DNA from: an uncultured bacterium
Lineage (GTDB): Bacteria; Zixibacteria; MSB-5A5; JAABVY01; JAHJOQ01
Direction: 5' to 3'
Length of the DNA stretch: 35,056 nt
Assembly (NCBI GenBank): GCA_965369655.1
Contig: CBDUQR010000033.1
Location: forward strand, 1 to 35,056
Made by a program: the position numbers and the translations under genes. This document shows positions 9,937-20,679 of the stretch, piece by piece. Positions within the stretch are counted from its first letter, which is position 1, and the number at the start of each line of letters is the position of its first letter. The notes beneath the pieces are model-generated. The model was not told the DNA's origin, ran no database searches, and was given only the letters and a program-made list of their open reading frames with translations.

Positions 9937-10047
9937 GGGCGGTGCCCTAAATGAGTAGGTGCTCCAGAAAACTGGATTATGACATAGTCGTCCTGACACC
10001 CTGAGCTGAAAACTCATGCTCAGTACCTGGACCCAGGGTCACCGCCC
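9937..10047 (-). ncRNA. Candidate structured RNA, copy 1 (unassigned family)
   Basis: Closing stem GGGCGGUG-A-CCCUGGGU/AUUUAGGG-CACCGCCC, internal hairpins, possible AUGAGU/ACUCAU pseudoknot; downstream of a promoter. Confidence 0.6.
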
Positions 10048-10066
10048 AAATGACATTACCATCAAT

Positions 10067-10095
10067 ATTATACCCCCGGCCTGACAAACCTTCAA
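10067..10095 (-). promoter_or_regulatory. Sigma70-type promoter TTGAAG-N17-TATAAT
   Basis: Near-consensus hexamers with 17-bp spacing, about 20 bp upstream of the structured element. Confidence 0.7.
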
Positions 10096-10156
10096 GTATA
10101 ATCGTTGCTTTCATCTATGAATTTCATAGTCGTCCGTGCTCTGGGTGAACTATAGG

Positions 10157-10867
10157 CTACTCAGGCTGCCAAACCTCCCACACTTTGCCCACCAGGTTTG
10201 GTCCCGGCTTAAGTGTAGTCTTTCCCGGTTCCCAGCCCGCAGGGCATGCTTCAGCGCCCTTGGTTTTGCGAACGAGCTGAAATGCGTGAACTTGTCTGAT
10301 TGTCTCCTCAATCTTACGGCCAACAGGTGGTGTCATCACTTCCATAGCCTGAATTACTCCGTCAGGATCAATGAGAAATCGTCCCCTGATATTGATACCG
10401 TTGGCTTCATCATAGACACCATACACTTTTCCGAGATTGCCTGCTCCATCAGCTACCATTGGCCAGGGAATCCCATCTTTGGTCATTTTGGAAAGCTCTT
10501 CCTCTTCCCATATTTTGTGGACGAAAACGCTATCCGTTGATACAGAGAGGACTTCGACTCCAAGCTTCTGGAGTTCATCAAACTTGCCGGCGACCGCCGA
10601 CAATTCGGTTGGTCAAACAAAGGTGAAATCACCTGGGTAGAAACAAAGCAAAACCCACTTACCGAGATAGTCAGACAGCTTGATATTCACAAACGCGCCC
10701 TTGTGATAAGCAGGGGCTTCGAAATCGGGAGCCTTACCTCCGACCTTTGCCATCACCATGATACTGCCTCCTTCTTTCGATTCATCTTTTGTCGCTGTGT
10801 CTGATTCGGCAACTTCGCCGATAACCGTGCCAGTCGGTTTGGCACATCCAACAGGTTCATCGGGCAT
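10157..10867 (-). CDS. prxU: Selenocysteine-containing AhpC/Prx1 peroxiredoxin (PrxU-like), copy A; TGA at 10613-10615 read as Sec
   Basis: [16 protein letters not shown] is in frame at the peroxidatic Cys position (canonical FTFVCPTE); resolving ACPAGW; SECIS-like hairpin; AGGAGG RBS. Confidence 0.92.
10584..10603 (-). promoter_or_regulatory. Bacterial SECIS element, copy A
   Basis: UUGUCGGC-GGUC-GCCGGCAA stem-loop starting 10 nt 3' of the UGA, with a G/GU-containing apical loop. Confidence 0.8.
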
Positions 10868-10992
10868 TGGACACCTCCTATGTTTCGTGCCGGCAGATCC
10901 TTCGAAGCTCAGGACTCGTGTCCACATCTGCCGACCACTGGTACCACACCCAGAGTGCATCGACGGGTGGGTTTATATATCATAATATATAA

Positions 10993-11103
10993 GGGCGGCG
11001 CCCTAAATGAGTAGGTGCTCCAGAAAACTGGATTATGACAGAGTCGTCCTGACACCCTGAGCTGAAAACTCATGCTCAGTATTTGGACCCAGGGTCACCG
11101 CCC
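10993..11103 (-). ncRNA. Candidate structured RNA, copy 2 (5' of prxU copy A)
   Basis: Four substitutions relative to copy 1, all in loops or junctions or pairing-compatible; promoter TTGGAT-N17-TATTCT at 11122-11150. Confidence 0.6.
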
Positions 11104-11239
11104 AAACGACATTTCTTTAATAGAATACCCCCGGCCTGACAAACATCCAAGTACAATCTTGGCATTTGTCTTTTCCCTCGGGGATCGGGATCAGCGACCG
11201 AGAATTTCATAGTCGTCCGTACCCTGGGTAAACTACAAG

Positions 11240-11950
11240 CTACTCGGGCTGCCAAACCTTCCACACTTTGCCCACCAGGTTTGGTCCCGGCTTGAGTGTC
11301 GTCTTTCCCGGTTCCCAGCCCGCAGGGCATGCTTCAGCGCCCTTGGTTTTGCGAACGAGCTGAAATGCGTGAACTTGTCTGATTGTCTCCTCAATCTTAC
11401 GGCCAACAGGTGGTGTCATCACTTCCATAGCCTGAATTACTCCGTCAGGATCAATGAGAAATCGTCCCCTGATATTGATACCGTTGGCTTCATCATAGAC
11501 ACCATACACTTTTCCGAGATTGCCTGCTCCATCAGCTACCATTGGCCAGGGAATCCCATCTTTGGTCATTTTGGAAAGCTCTTCCTCTTCCCATATTTTG
11601 TGGACGAAAACGCTATCCGTTGATACAGAGAGGACTTCGACTCCAAGCTTCTGGAGTTCATCAAACTTGCCGGCGACCGCCGACAATTCGGTTGGTCAAA
11701 CAAAGGTGAAATCACCTGGGTAGAAACAAAGCAAAACCCACTTACCGAGATAGTCAGACAGCTTGATATTCACAAACGCGCCCTTGTGATAAGCAGGGGC
11801 TTCGAAATCGGGAGCCTTACCTCCGACCTTTGCCATCACCATGATACTGCCTCCTTCTTTCGATTCATCTTTTGTCGCTGTGTCTGATTCGGCAACTTCG
11901 CCGATAACCGTGCCAGTCGGTTTGGCACATCCAACAGGTTCATCGGGCAT
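11240..11950 (-). CDS. prxU: Selenocysteine-containing peroxiredoxin (PrxU-like), copy B; TGA at 11696-11698
   Basis: Same sequence as copy A except four substitutions near the 3' end (VWKVW versus VWEVW). Confidence 0.92.
11667..11686 (-). promoter_or_regulatory. Bacterial SECIS element, copy B
   Basis: Hairpin identical to 10584-10603. Confidence 0.8.
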
Positions 11951-12075
11951 TGGACACCTCCTATGTTTCGTGCCGGCAGATCCTTCGAAGCTCAGGACTC
12001 GTGTCCACATCTGCCGACCACTGGTACCACACCCAGAGTGCATCGACGGGTGGGTTTATATATCATAATATATAA

Positions 12076-12186
12076 GGGCGGCGCCCTAAATGAGTAGGTG
12101 CTCCAGAAAACTGGATTATGACAGAGTCGTCCTGACACCCTGAGCTGAAAACTCATGCTCAGTATTTGGACCCAGGGTCACCGCCC
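12076..12186 (-). ncRNA. Candidate structured RNA, copy 3 (5' of prxU copy B)
   Basis: Identical to copy 2, with the same promoter motif at 12205-12233. Confidence 0.6.
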
Positions 12187-12385
12187 AAACGACATTTCTT
12201 TAATAGAATACCCCCGGCCTGACAAACATCCAAGTACAATCTTGGCATTTGTCTTTTCCCTCGGGGATCGGGATCAGCGACCGAGAATTCCATTGTCGTC
12301 CGTACCCGGCAGATCCTTCGTCAAACTCAGGACGCGCGAGCGGGCGTGAGCTACTGTCAACTCGGCAACAATGAAAGTACGCACA

Positions 12386-12415
12386 GAGAAAAGGCCTCGA
12401 GTACTCGAGGCCTTT
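12386..12415 (-). terminator. Intrinsic terminator after the large secreted-protein gene
   Basis: Perfect palindrome AAAGGCCTCGAGTACTCGAGGCCTTT with a T-run on the minus strand, 30 bp after the stop. Confidence 0.75.
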
Positions 12416-12444
12416 ATGAGTAGTCTATAGAATCAGACGATGAT

Positions 12445-15400
12445 CTATTTCAACAGAACCATCTTTCTAATTTCACTGTATTGTCCGGCGGTCGCTTTAT
12501 AGAAATAGATGCCTGAGGCAACCCGCGTTCCGCCGTCGTTGTCGCCGAACCATTTGATGACAACAAGGCCGGCCTCAGCGTATCCGCTCATCGTCCTGAC
12601 CAGTTGCCCCTGCACGTTGAGTATGTCTACTCTCCACTCAGACGCTTCGGGCAAATACATATCAAACTCAGTCTCCGGATTGAACGGGTTCGGGTAATTC
12701 TGCGACAGGCTGAACCTGCCCGGCATCACCCCCGCCGTCCTCTGATTCACCGTAAGCTGATTTCCATAGTAGTCGGCAAAATCGCTGTGCACCAGACGCA
12801 GTTCCCCATCGCCCGCGACCGGTATATTCAACAGGATGTTGTCGCCCGCTGCAATACGGTTTGTCGTGAAGCTGTATATCAGGATTTTCATCTGATCTCC
12901 GTCAATGCTGTACATGACCTCCATCGACGAAGCGTCGCCCTGCAGAATCGGGGCGCCCGGTGTGATCCTGTCGGGATCGAAATCAAACACGAAGTATCCG
13001 CCGCCGATAGTTGTTCTCGAATCAGACGATATCTGATACGAGTCGGCGTTCTTTGTGATACCGATGTCTATCTGATCGGCGAAGTGCGCAAGCTTCGGAA
13101 TCGGCTGCGCATCGCCTGTCAGAATCCTGATCAGGTATACCAAGTCGCCGACAGTCAAAGTGTTGCCGTCGGCATTGACATCACTCGCGGCGATCTGTCC
13201 CGGCGGATTGATCGTAAAGACCGACATGCCCCAAATGAAGTAGTTCGTGTACAGCACACCGTCAGCGATTTCGTTGGCGACATTGTTAAGATTCATATCC
13301 CCGCGCAAGTCTATCGAGTCGGGGCTGATGATACATATCCCGCCGTTGTTGAATATCACGCATCTCAGTGGAGCTGTCTTGCCGCCAACAAGGCAGGTAT
13401 CCGGCGCGCCCACATTGGGGTAGCGAGCGGATTCCGGGTAGTTGACGTCATCGAACTCGTCCCAGACCACGCCGTTGTGATCGAGAATGAGCTTGTCCAC
13501 GAAAAACGTATCGCCACTAATCGAGGAAAAACCGTTGTCGCCACAATCAAGCCAGTAGAACTTCACCGGGAAGAACATGCCGCCGAAATTCACATCGTCG
13601 GTCGTTCTGAAATGCAACTGAGCAATCACACCGTCCGGCCAGAATGCGTCCGGAGGTGGATGGCTCGCTCCGTTGTTGATGTCAGCGATGCCGACCATGC
13701 GAACGACTCCATCGGGACACGGTCCGCCGCCGCAGTCACCATCCCCAAGGTAACGATACGTGAAGTACTCCCATCCCGTGGCGCCCGCTCCGATATTCGC
13801 ACCGAGGAATGTAAACGCTGTGACGTCGAACTGTACCAGCAGGTCAAATCCGCCGACGCCCTCCTGGAAATCGCCGATGACGTCAAGAACGACTTCAGAA
13901 CCGTTGTACACACAATTCTCGGTCTCATCGATCCTGATCGTCATACAAGAAGCCGTGTCGCAAATATCAACCGGCCTGATCGTCAGCAGCATCGACACAT
14001 CGTCATAGGCGCCGCAGAGATCGGTCACGCGGTAACAGAATTCATACGTCGTGTCTTTCAACACCGGAGTGAAACAGGTCATCAGCGTTCCCGGGTCGAA
14101 TGTGCCCGGGCCGCATGTCTGCGTCACAGTCAGTACATCTGTCACATCCGGGTCGTCGATAGTAATGCCGACGAAGCAGAGTTCTTCGGGTGTGGCGTCC
14201 GGTCCGCAATAGAGCACGTCGATAGTCGTATCCTCAGCCGCAATGCTCGGCGCTGAGTTGAGCACGACCGTGATTCCGACCGTATCAGTGTCAGATGCGC
14301 CGCATTCATCCTGTACCCTTATGATAAACTCGTACAGACCTGCCGCAGGCGGAGTGAAACAAATCATACCGTTCTCAGGGAACACGATTCCGGAACCCGA
14401 TATAAGTTCGAAGAGGAGCACGTCCATCGGGTCTGGATCGGAATAAGGATTCTCGAAACATATCTGCTCAGGAGAACAGAGCAGCCAGGTCGTATCATTT
14501 GCGGCATCAAGCTCAGGCGGGTTGTTGAAGACAACTGTTACAAAAATATCATCAGCTTCATACTCGCCGCATGCATCAGTAGCGCGCACGATGAAATAGT
14601 AGCTGCCCGCAGTGTCGGCGACGAAACAGACTTCTTCATCATTGAGGAAACCGTTTCCAACCATCAAGTCGACCACAGGCTCTTCCCCGTCCGGATCAGT
14701 CACGGTATAGCTGAAGCAAACGGTATCGCCGGGTTCGCATGCGACTGCCGTGAAGTCCGGCTCGACATCTAATGAGGGGGGTTCGTTGACATAGACAGTC
14801 ACACATATCTGATCTTCGTCATAGGCCCCACAGATATCGGTCGCCCGAACCGTGAGGCAGTAAGTCGTATCTTTGGTAGCGGGGAAACATACCTCGCCAT
14901 TCTCGTAGTAGCCGATCGGCGTGACATCCACGACGACCTCGCCATCGTCGTAGATCATCACCGGGAAGCAGACCTCGCCCACGGCACACAGCGAATCGAT
15001 GAAGTCGTCAGGCAAATCGACTGTCGGATTGCCGTTCAGCCTGATCGTTACGGACGTTTGAGCTTGATCGGTTGCCCCGCACTCGTCAGTCACCTTGAAT
15101 TCAAAGATGTATGTTCCGGCGGTATCCGGCAGGAAACAGAACATGCCGGTTTCGAAATCGATGTTGCCCGGCAGGCCTGCAATCTGCTCGTAGATAAAAC
15201 TCTGCCCAATATCCGGATCATCGACCTCGATCACGAAACAGACAGAATCACCGAGATCACACCAGGAAAGCGTATCGGCTTCCGGCAGTGTAATATTGGG
15301 ATCGCTATTGAGAACAATTGAGACAGTCGCCGTATCGTAGTCATATTCGTTGCAGAGATCGGTCACCTTGACCACAAACTCGTAATCGCCTTCAGCGGCT

Positions 15401-17295
15401 GGAGTGAAGCATATCTCGCCGGTCTGAGGATCGAGCGAACCAGGTCCACTGACGAGTTCAAGCGTCAGCACATCATTAGGATCGGGATCGTATGTCGACA
15501 CCTCGAAACAGACCTCGCTCAGGTCACAAACGAAAAGCGATGTGTCCGGAGCGATGACAACAGGCGGCGAGTTCAGTTCGATGTCGATTTGAATCGTGTC
15601 GTAATCCATCGACTCGCACGAATCCTTCACAGACACAATGAATGTATAACTCCCGGCTCCCGTTGGAGTGAAACAGACCTCGCCGGTGCCGCCGTCGATC
15701 TGTCCAGGACCGCTGTCGAGACTGATCGTAACAGGCTCGCCGTCAGGATCGCTCGCCTGCGCGATGAAACAGATTTCAGTCAGATCACACATGAAGTATG
15801 TCGTGTCGTCCGGCAGTTGTACCGATGGGGGAGCGTTCAGGTCGATCGTCACCAGCGATGTGTCGACATCAGACAGTCCGCAGTAATCGTCCCATAATGC
15901 AATTTCGATTTCGTATGTTCCATCCGCGTCCGCATAGATGCAGACTTCGCCTGTAGCCGGATTGTATGTGGCGGGCGGAGTGACTTCGACCGTAAACTCG
16001 CCTCCACCCGGATTGCTTATTTCGATCGGGAAACATATCTCCACTGGTTCGCACAGGAATGTATCGATGTCCGGCACGTAGATTATCGAAGGTGTCTGGG
16101 CTATGATCACAGTAATATCGACAGTATCAAGCGGACACCAGTATGGACACAGCGGATCGCTGGAACATTCTCCACTCCTGCTCAGACAGCAGTCATCTTT
16201 CGCGCGTATGACAAAACGATAATCGGCCGAACCCTCCGACCCGGGCAAGAAACAGACCTCTCCCGTCAGGGGGTCGATTCTTCCGAGACCTTCGACAAGC
16301 TCGAACTGGAGTTCATCGCCGTCATCGTCGTAGGCGTCGACTGTGAAGCAGATGCTGTCTGATGAACAGACAACCGTATCGAAATCTTCGGGCACGAATA
16401 TCTCGGGAGGACTGTTTATCTGATAGTCAATCGTAAATGTACCGTACACGACATTGCCGAGGTTGTCTTCGACGCGGAATATGAATTCATACAACTCGTC
16501 GAACGGGGCAGGATCGAAGCAATGATGAATCGTCGCAGAATCGACAATATTTACAATAGGAAAGTCACCCGCACCCGCGATCATTTTCACTTCCAGCGAA
16601 TCTCCCGAGCAGCTACTTCCTGATACGAAAATATCGAAACAGACCTCTTCAGGTGTGCAGACATTGAACACCATATCGTCAGGGACCTGAATAATCGGCC
16701 CATCGCAGCCGGTCCGGATCAGGATTATCAGATCGTTGAAGTCCCGGTCTCCGCCGTTCTTGAGATCTTCAAAGCAGACAAGGTATTCATTCTCATTCTG
16801 ACCCGTGGCGAACACCTTCGCGTGGTCGTACAAATCCCTGTTGTATGTCGGCTCGGTATACCAGGTATAGCCACCGCTAATGCCGGGAATGAAATAAAGA
16901 CCTATGCTCGAACCACCGTCGACAGAAAAGGTCACAGAGTCGTTGACCTCGTTCGACGGACTGAAAAGCTGCGTTTTCTGGGTCGAGTCCGTCGACACAT
17001 GGAAACCAGCCACAGACGATCCATAAGAAGATGAAAGCTTCTGAAGCAGGACCGCTACATTTCCGCCACCGGAAGCAGCAATTTCGGTCAGTCCCAACTC
17101 ATCGGCTGCGACGTCGATATCGTAGCCGAGGCTGTCGAAAATCTCCTGAAGCGTCGGCTCTCCGGCAGCCGTTGAAAGCAGCGAATCGAGCAACGCCTGA
17201 TCGCCTCCACCGGCCAGCGCGGCTGATCCGGACACGAGAAACAGCAGCAAGAGCAGCAGCTTTATTGTGACACTTCTGACAATACTATCAGACAT
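12445..17295 (-). CDS. Large secreted protein: DUF4114-like N-terminus, about 9-10 Cys-rich Ig/cadherin-like repeats, cohesin-like and dockerin-like domains, C-terminal FlgD-Ig/T9SS-like sorting domain
   Basis: Signal peptide; FEDL..GGDRDFNDL; repeated N.PP...C...VCF...DPD...ICFTP...G.Y.F...D.C; GGFDLLVQFD; RGDMNLN..ASDVNADG..DLVYLI; LSQNYPNPFNP..ASGIYFYK; AAGGAG RBS before ATG 17295. Confidence 0.88.
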   Translation of the reverse strand: MSDSIVRSVTIKLLLLLLFLVSGSAALAGGGDQALLDSLLSTAAGEPTLQEIFDSLGYDIDVAADELGLTEIAASGGGNVAVLLQKLSSSYGSSVAGFHVSTDSTQKTQLFSPSNEVNDSVTFSVDGGSSIGLYFIPGISGGYTWYTEPTYNRDLYDHAKVFATGQNENEYLVCFEDLKNGGDRDFNDLIILIRTGCDGPIIQVPDDMVFNVCTPEEVCFDIFVSGSSCSGDSLEVKMIAGAGDFPIVNIVDSATIHHCFDPAPFDELYEFIFRVEDNLGNVVYGTFTIDYQINSPPEIFVPEDFDTVVCSSDSICFTVDAYDDDGDELQFELVEGLGRIDPLTGEVCFLPGSEGSADYRFVIRAKDDCCLSRSGECSSDPLCPYWCPLDTVDITVIIAQTPSIIYVPDIDTFLCEPVEICFPIEISNPGGGEFTVEVTPPATYNPATGEVCIYADADGTYEIEIALWDDYCGLSDVDTSLVTIDLNAPPSVQLPDDTTYFMCDLTEICFIAQASDPDGEPVTISLDSGPGQIDGGTGEVCFTPTGAGSYTFIVSVKDSCESMDYDTIQIDIELNSPPVVIAPDTSLFVCDLSEVCFEVSTYDPDPNDVLTLELVSGPGSLDPQTGEICFTPAAEGDYEFVVKVTDLCNEYDYDTATVSIVLNSDPNITLPEADTLSWCDLGDSVCFVIEVDDPDIGQSFIYEQIAGLPGNIDFETGMFCFLPDTAGTYIFEFKVTDECGATDQAQTSVTIRLNGNPTVDLPDDFIDSLCAVGEVCFPVMIYDDGEVVVDVTPIGYYENGEVCFPATKDTTYCLTVRATDICGAYDEDQICVTVYVNEPPSLDVEPDFTAVACEPGDTVCFSYTVTDPDGEEPVVDLMVGNGFLNDEEVCFVADTAGSYYFIVRATDACGEYEADDIFVTVVFNNPPELDAANDTTWLLCSPEQICFENPYSDPDPMDVLLFELISGSGIVFPENGMICFTPPAAGLYEFIIRVQDECGASDTDTVGITVVLNSAPSIAAEDTTIDVLYCGPDATPEELCFVGITIDDPDVTDVLTVTQTCGPGTFDPGTLMTCFTPVLKDTTYEFCYRVTDLCGAYDDVSMLLTIRPVDICDTASCMTIRIDETENCVYNGSEVVLDVIGDFQEGVGGFDLLVQFDVTAFTFLGANIGAGATGWEYFTYRYLGDGDCGGGPCPDGVVRMVGIADINNGASHPPPDAFWPDGVIAQLHFRTTDDVNFGGMFFPVKFYWLDCGDNGFSSISGDTFFVDKLILDHNGVVWDEFDDVNYPESARYPNVGAPDTCLVGGKTAPLRCVIFNNGGICIISPDSIDLRGDMNLNNVANEIADGVLYTNYFIWGMSVFTINPPGQIAASDVNADGNTLTVGDLVYLIRILTGDAQPIPKLAHFADQIDIGITKNADSYQISSDSRTTIGGGYFVFDFDPDRITPGAPILQGDASSMEVMYSIDGDQMKILIYSFTTNRIAAGDNILLNIPVAGDGELRLVHSDFADYYGNQLTVNQRTAGVMPGRFSLSQNYPNPFNPETEFDMYLPEASEWRVDILNVQGQLVRTMSGYAEAGLVVIKWFGDNDGGTRVASGIYFYKATAGQYSEIRKMVLLK

Positions 17296-17731
17296 TGTTA
17301 CATCTCCTTGTATACAGCCCACTTATTGAGAATCTATAGATTTATTTTTATTTACCATCTTGCCGTTCTCTCGCAATACAAATGTGCATCTAACCAATAT
17401 CCTGCTATTCAGGACTGTCAAATTCCGGACTGATTTCAAGCACCTAAATAGAGCGAGTACGACAAAGCATGGACAACAATGGTACTGTAAATACATTCCA
17501 GCCTTCCGACTGGAACTCTCACCGAGCACAATATAGCAGAAGCAATTGAATTGTCAAGGCGTTTCTGGCTTCTAACGCTCTTCTAACATGTTGAAATTTT
17601 ACACACTTACAGAAATTTGATAAACTAACGCCTATAGGGAATCTCTGGTCAAAATCTGCGCAGTTTCTGCGTCAAATCCAAGGGTCGCAATACCGGTCCC
17701 GTCACATAAAGCTGAACTTCATGTGCGGCTG

Positions 17732-18948
17732 TCAATCCGTTTTGTTTCTTACGGTTACGATAGGAGTCAGATCGACGTGTTGAATCATATCGAACAAACG
17801 ATCTCGATGTTCGGGATCATATTTTACCCTGGTCACAAAGCTGTTGAAACCCTGAACATTGTAGCTGAAAACCTGGTTAATCATTCCGGTCTCGATCAGA
17901 AAATCGATAAACTTCTTTCTCTCCTCTGCCTTTCCCTCGGTCATTTTCGAGAATTTGGGGCGGTACTGCGACGAGAATCTAATGCCGACATTCTTGCCTG
18001 TACCCGACAGAACAGTAAGCCCATTCAGTTCTGCGAAATCAGCCAGTTGTTTCTTGATGGTCCGTTCCTCGTCCTCAAGTGACGCCATTAGCCCTTTGAT
18101 CTCCACGAATCTATCGATAGCTTTTGCTACTTCATCCTCATGCATATCTCCAGCATTCTTTTCCGCCGCCTGCAGTTGATGGATCTTCGCCGGACAAAAC
18201 GACATATACTCACACCAGTTGCAGAGACGAGTCTCTTTGGTCGGGAAATTGTCATCGAGTTGAGCCTGCTCGATTTCCCGAATCAGACGAATTGTCTCTT
18301 CGACGAGTTTATCGAGATCAGCGTCGGTTCTCTTTGACGTGCGCTTCTCCGGTATGGCGAGATAGTGCCATACCAGTTCATATCTGTCGCGGTCGGGCCA
18401 CAACTGCTGGACCGCGAGTTGATAGAGCGCAAGCTGGCGATCATCGTCCAGATTGATCTGACTCACCATCGACCGAGCAGTCTTGTAATCGCACACGACC
18501 ATCGTGCCGTCAGCCTTGACAGCGAGCCGATCGATTATACCTCGAATCCGGTACTTGCCATCTTCATCCAGATTGACCACCACGTTCCGTTCGAGAGCCA
18601 CCGTCCTGTCCTGATCGAATGGGTGATACTCGCGATAGTAATCAGAGAGCATTCTCCTGCCCTTCTCCCTGAAATGCTCCTCATCCAGATCCTCATCTCT
18701 GATAGCAAGATCAAGCGGCCTCTGATTCTCCCATATCTTGTCATAGAAATCGAGGAGTTCCTGCTCGGACCATAACTTCCCATACATCACGAGTTCGTAT
18801 AGCCGCTCCAACGCCTCATGCACCCTGCCTCCGAGAAAGCTCTCGATGGAGACGCGATCACCTGCGTCGAACTTCTCGACATACCGGAATTTGTACCGCC
18901 TCGGGCATTGCTCAAACGTCGACAGCCTTGAGTGTGAATATGTCCCCA

Positions 18949-18949
<1 letters not shown>
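17732..18949 (-). CDS. PD-(D/E)XK nuclease, RecB/Cas4/AddB-like, with a probable 4-Cys Fe-S cluster
   Basis: YSHSRLSTFEQCPRRY, G.RVHEALE, RGIIDRL, DYKT, QLALYQ, C..C.Y...CP; start overlaps the upstream stop (TAATG). Confidence 0.88.
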
Positions 18950-20625
<1,676 letters not shown>

Positions 20626-20679
20626 ACGTCTACTCCATGTGCCGGATCATCCATGCCGAGTCAGCCTCTACGCATCATC

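Larger units (their letters stand above)
10218..12289. repeat. Tandem duplication with 1083-bp period; 10218-11206 appears identical to 11301-12289
   Basis: By-eye alignment at offset 1083; scattered mismatches only outside this interval. Confidence 0.9.

Noticed and set aside
9937-10047. Assignment of the structured element to a hammerhead, NiCo, purine, c-di-GMP or SAM riboswitch, tRNA-Sec or SRP RNA
   Set aside because: The conserved core nucleotides of those families were not found by eye on either strand
11175-11210. TCAGCGACCGAG resembling part of a ykkC-type riboswitch
   Set aside because: The remaining ykkC consensus is absent, and the motif behaves as a short insertion also found at 325-350
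10157-12043. Peroxiredoxin as nonsense pseudogenes or two-gene splits
   Set aside because: The stop is a TGA exactly at the catalytic Cys codon with a SECIS-like hairpin and an otherwise intact frame; Sec recoding explains it better
12604-14256. 550-aa plus-strand ORF, and similar long antisense ORFs at 384-1301 and 4591-5550
   Set aside because: Antisense to well-supported genes, with no recognisable motifs or RBS
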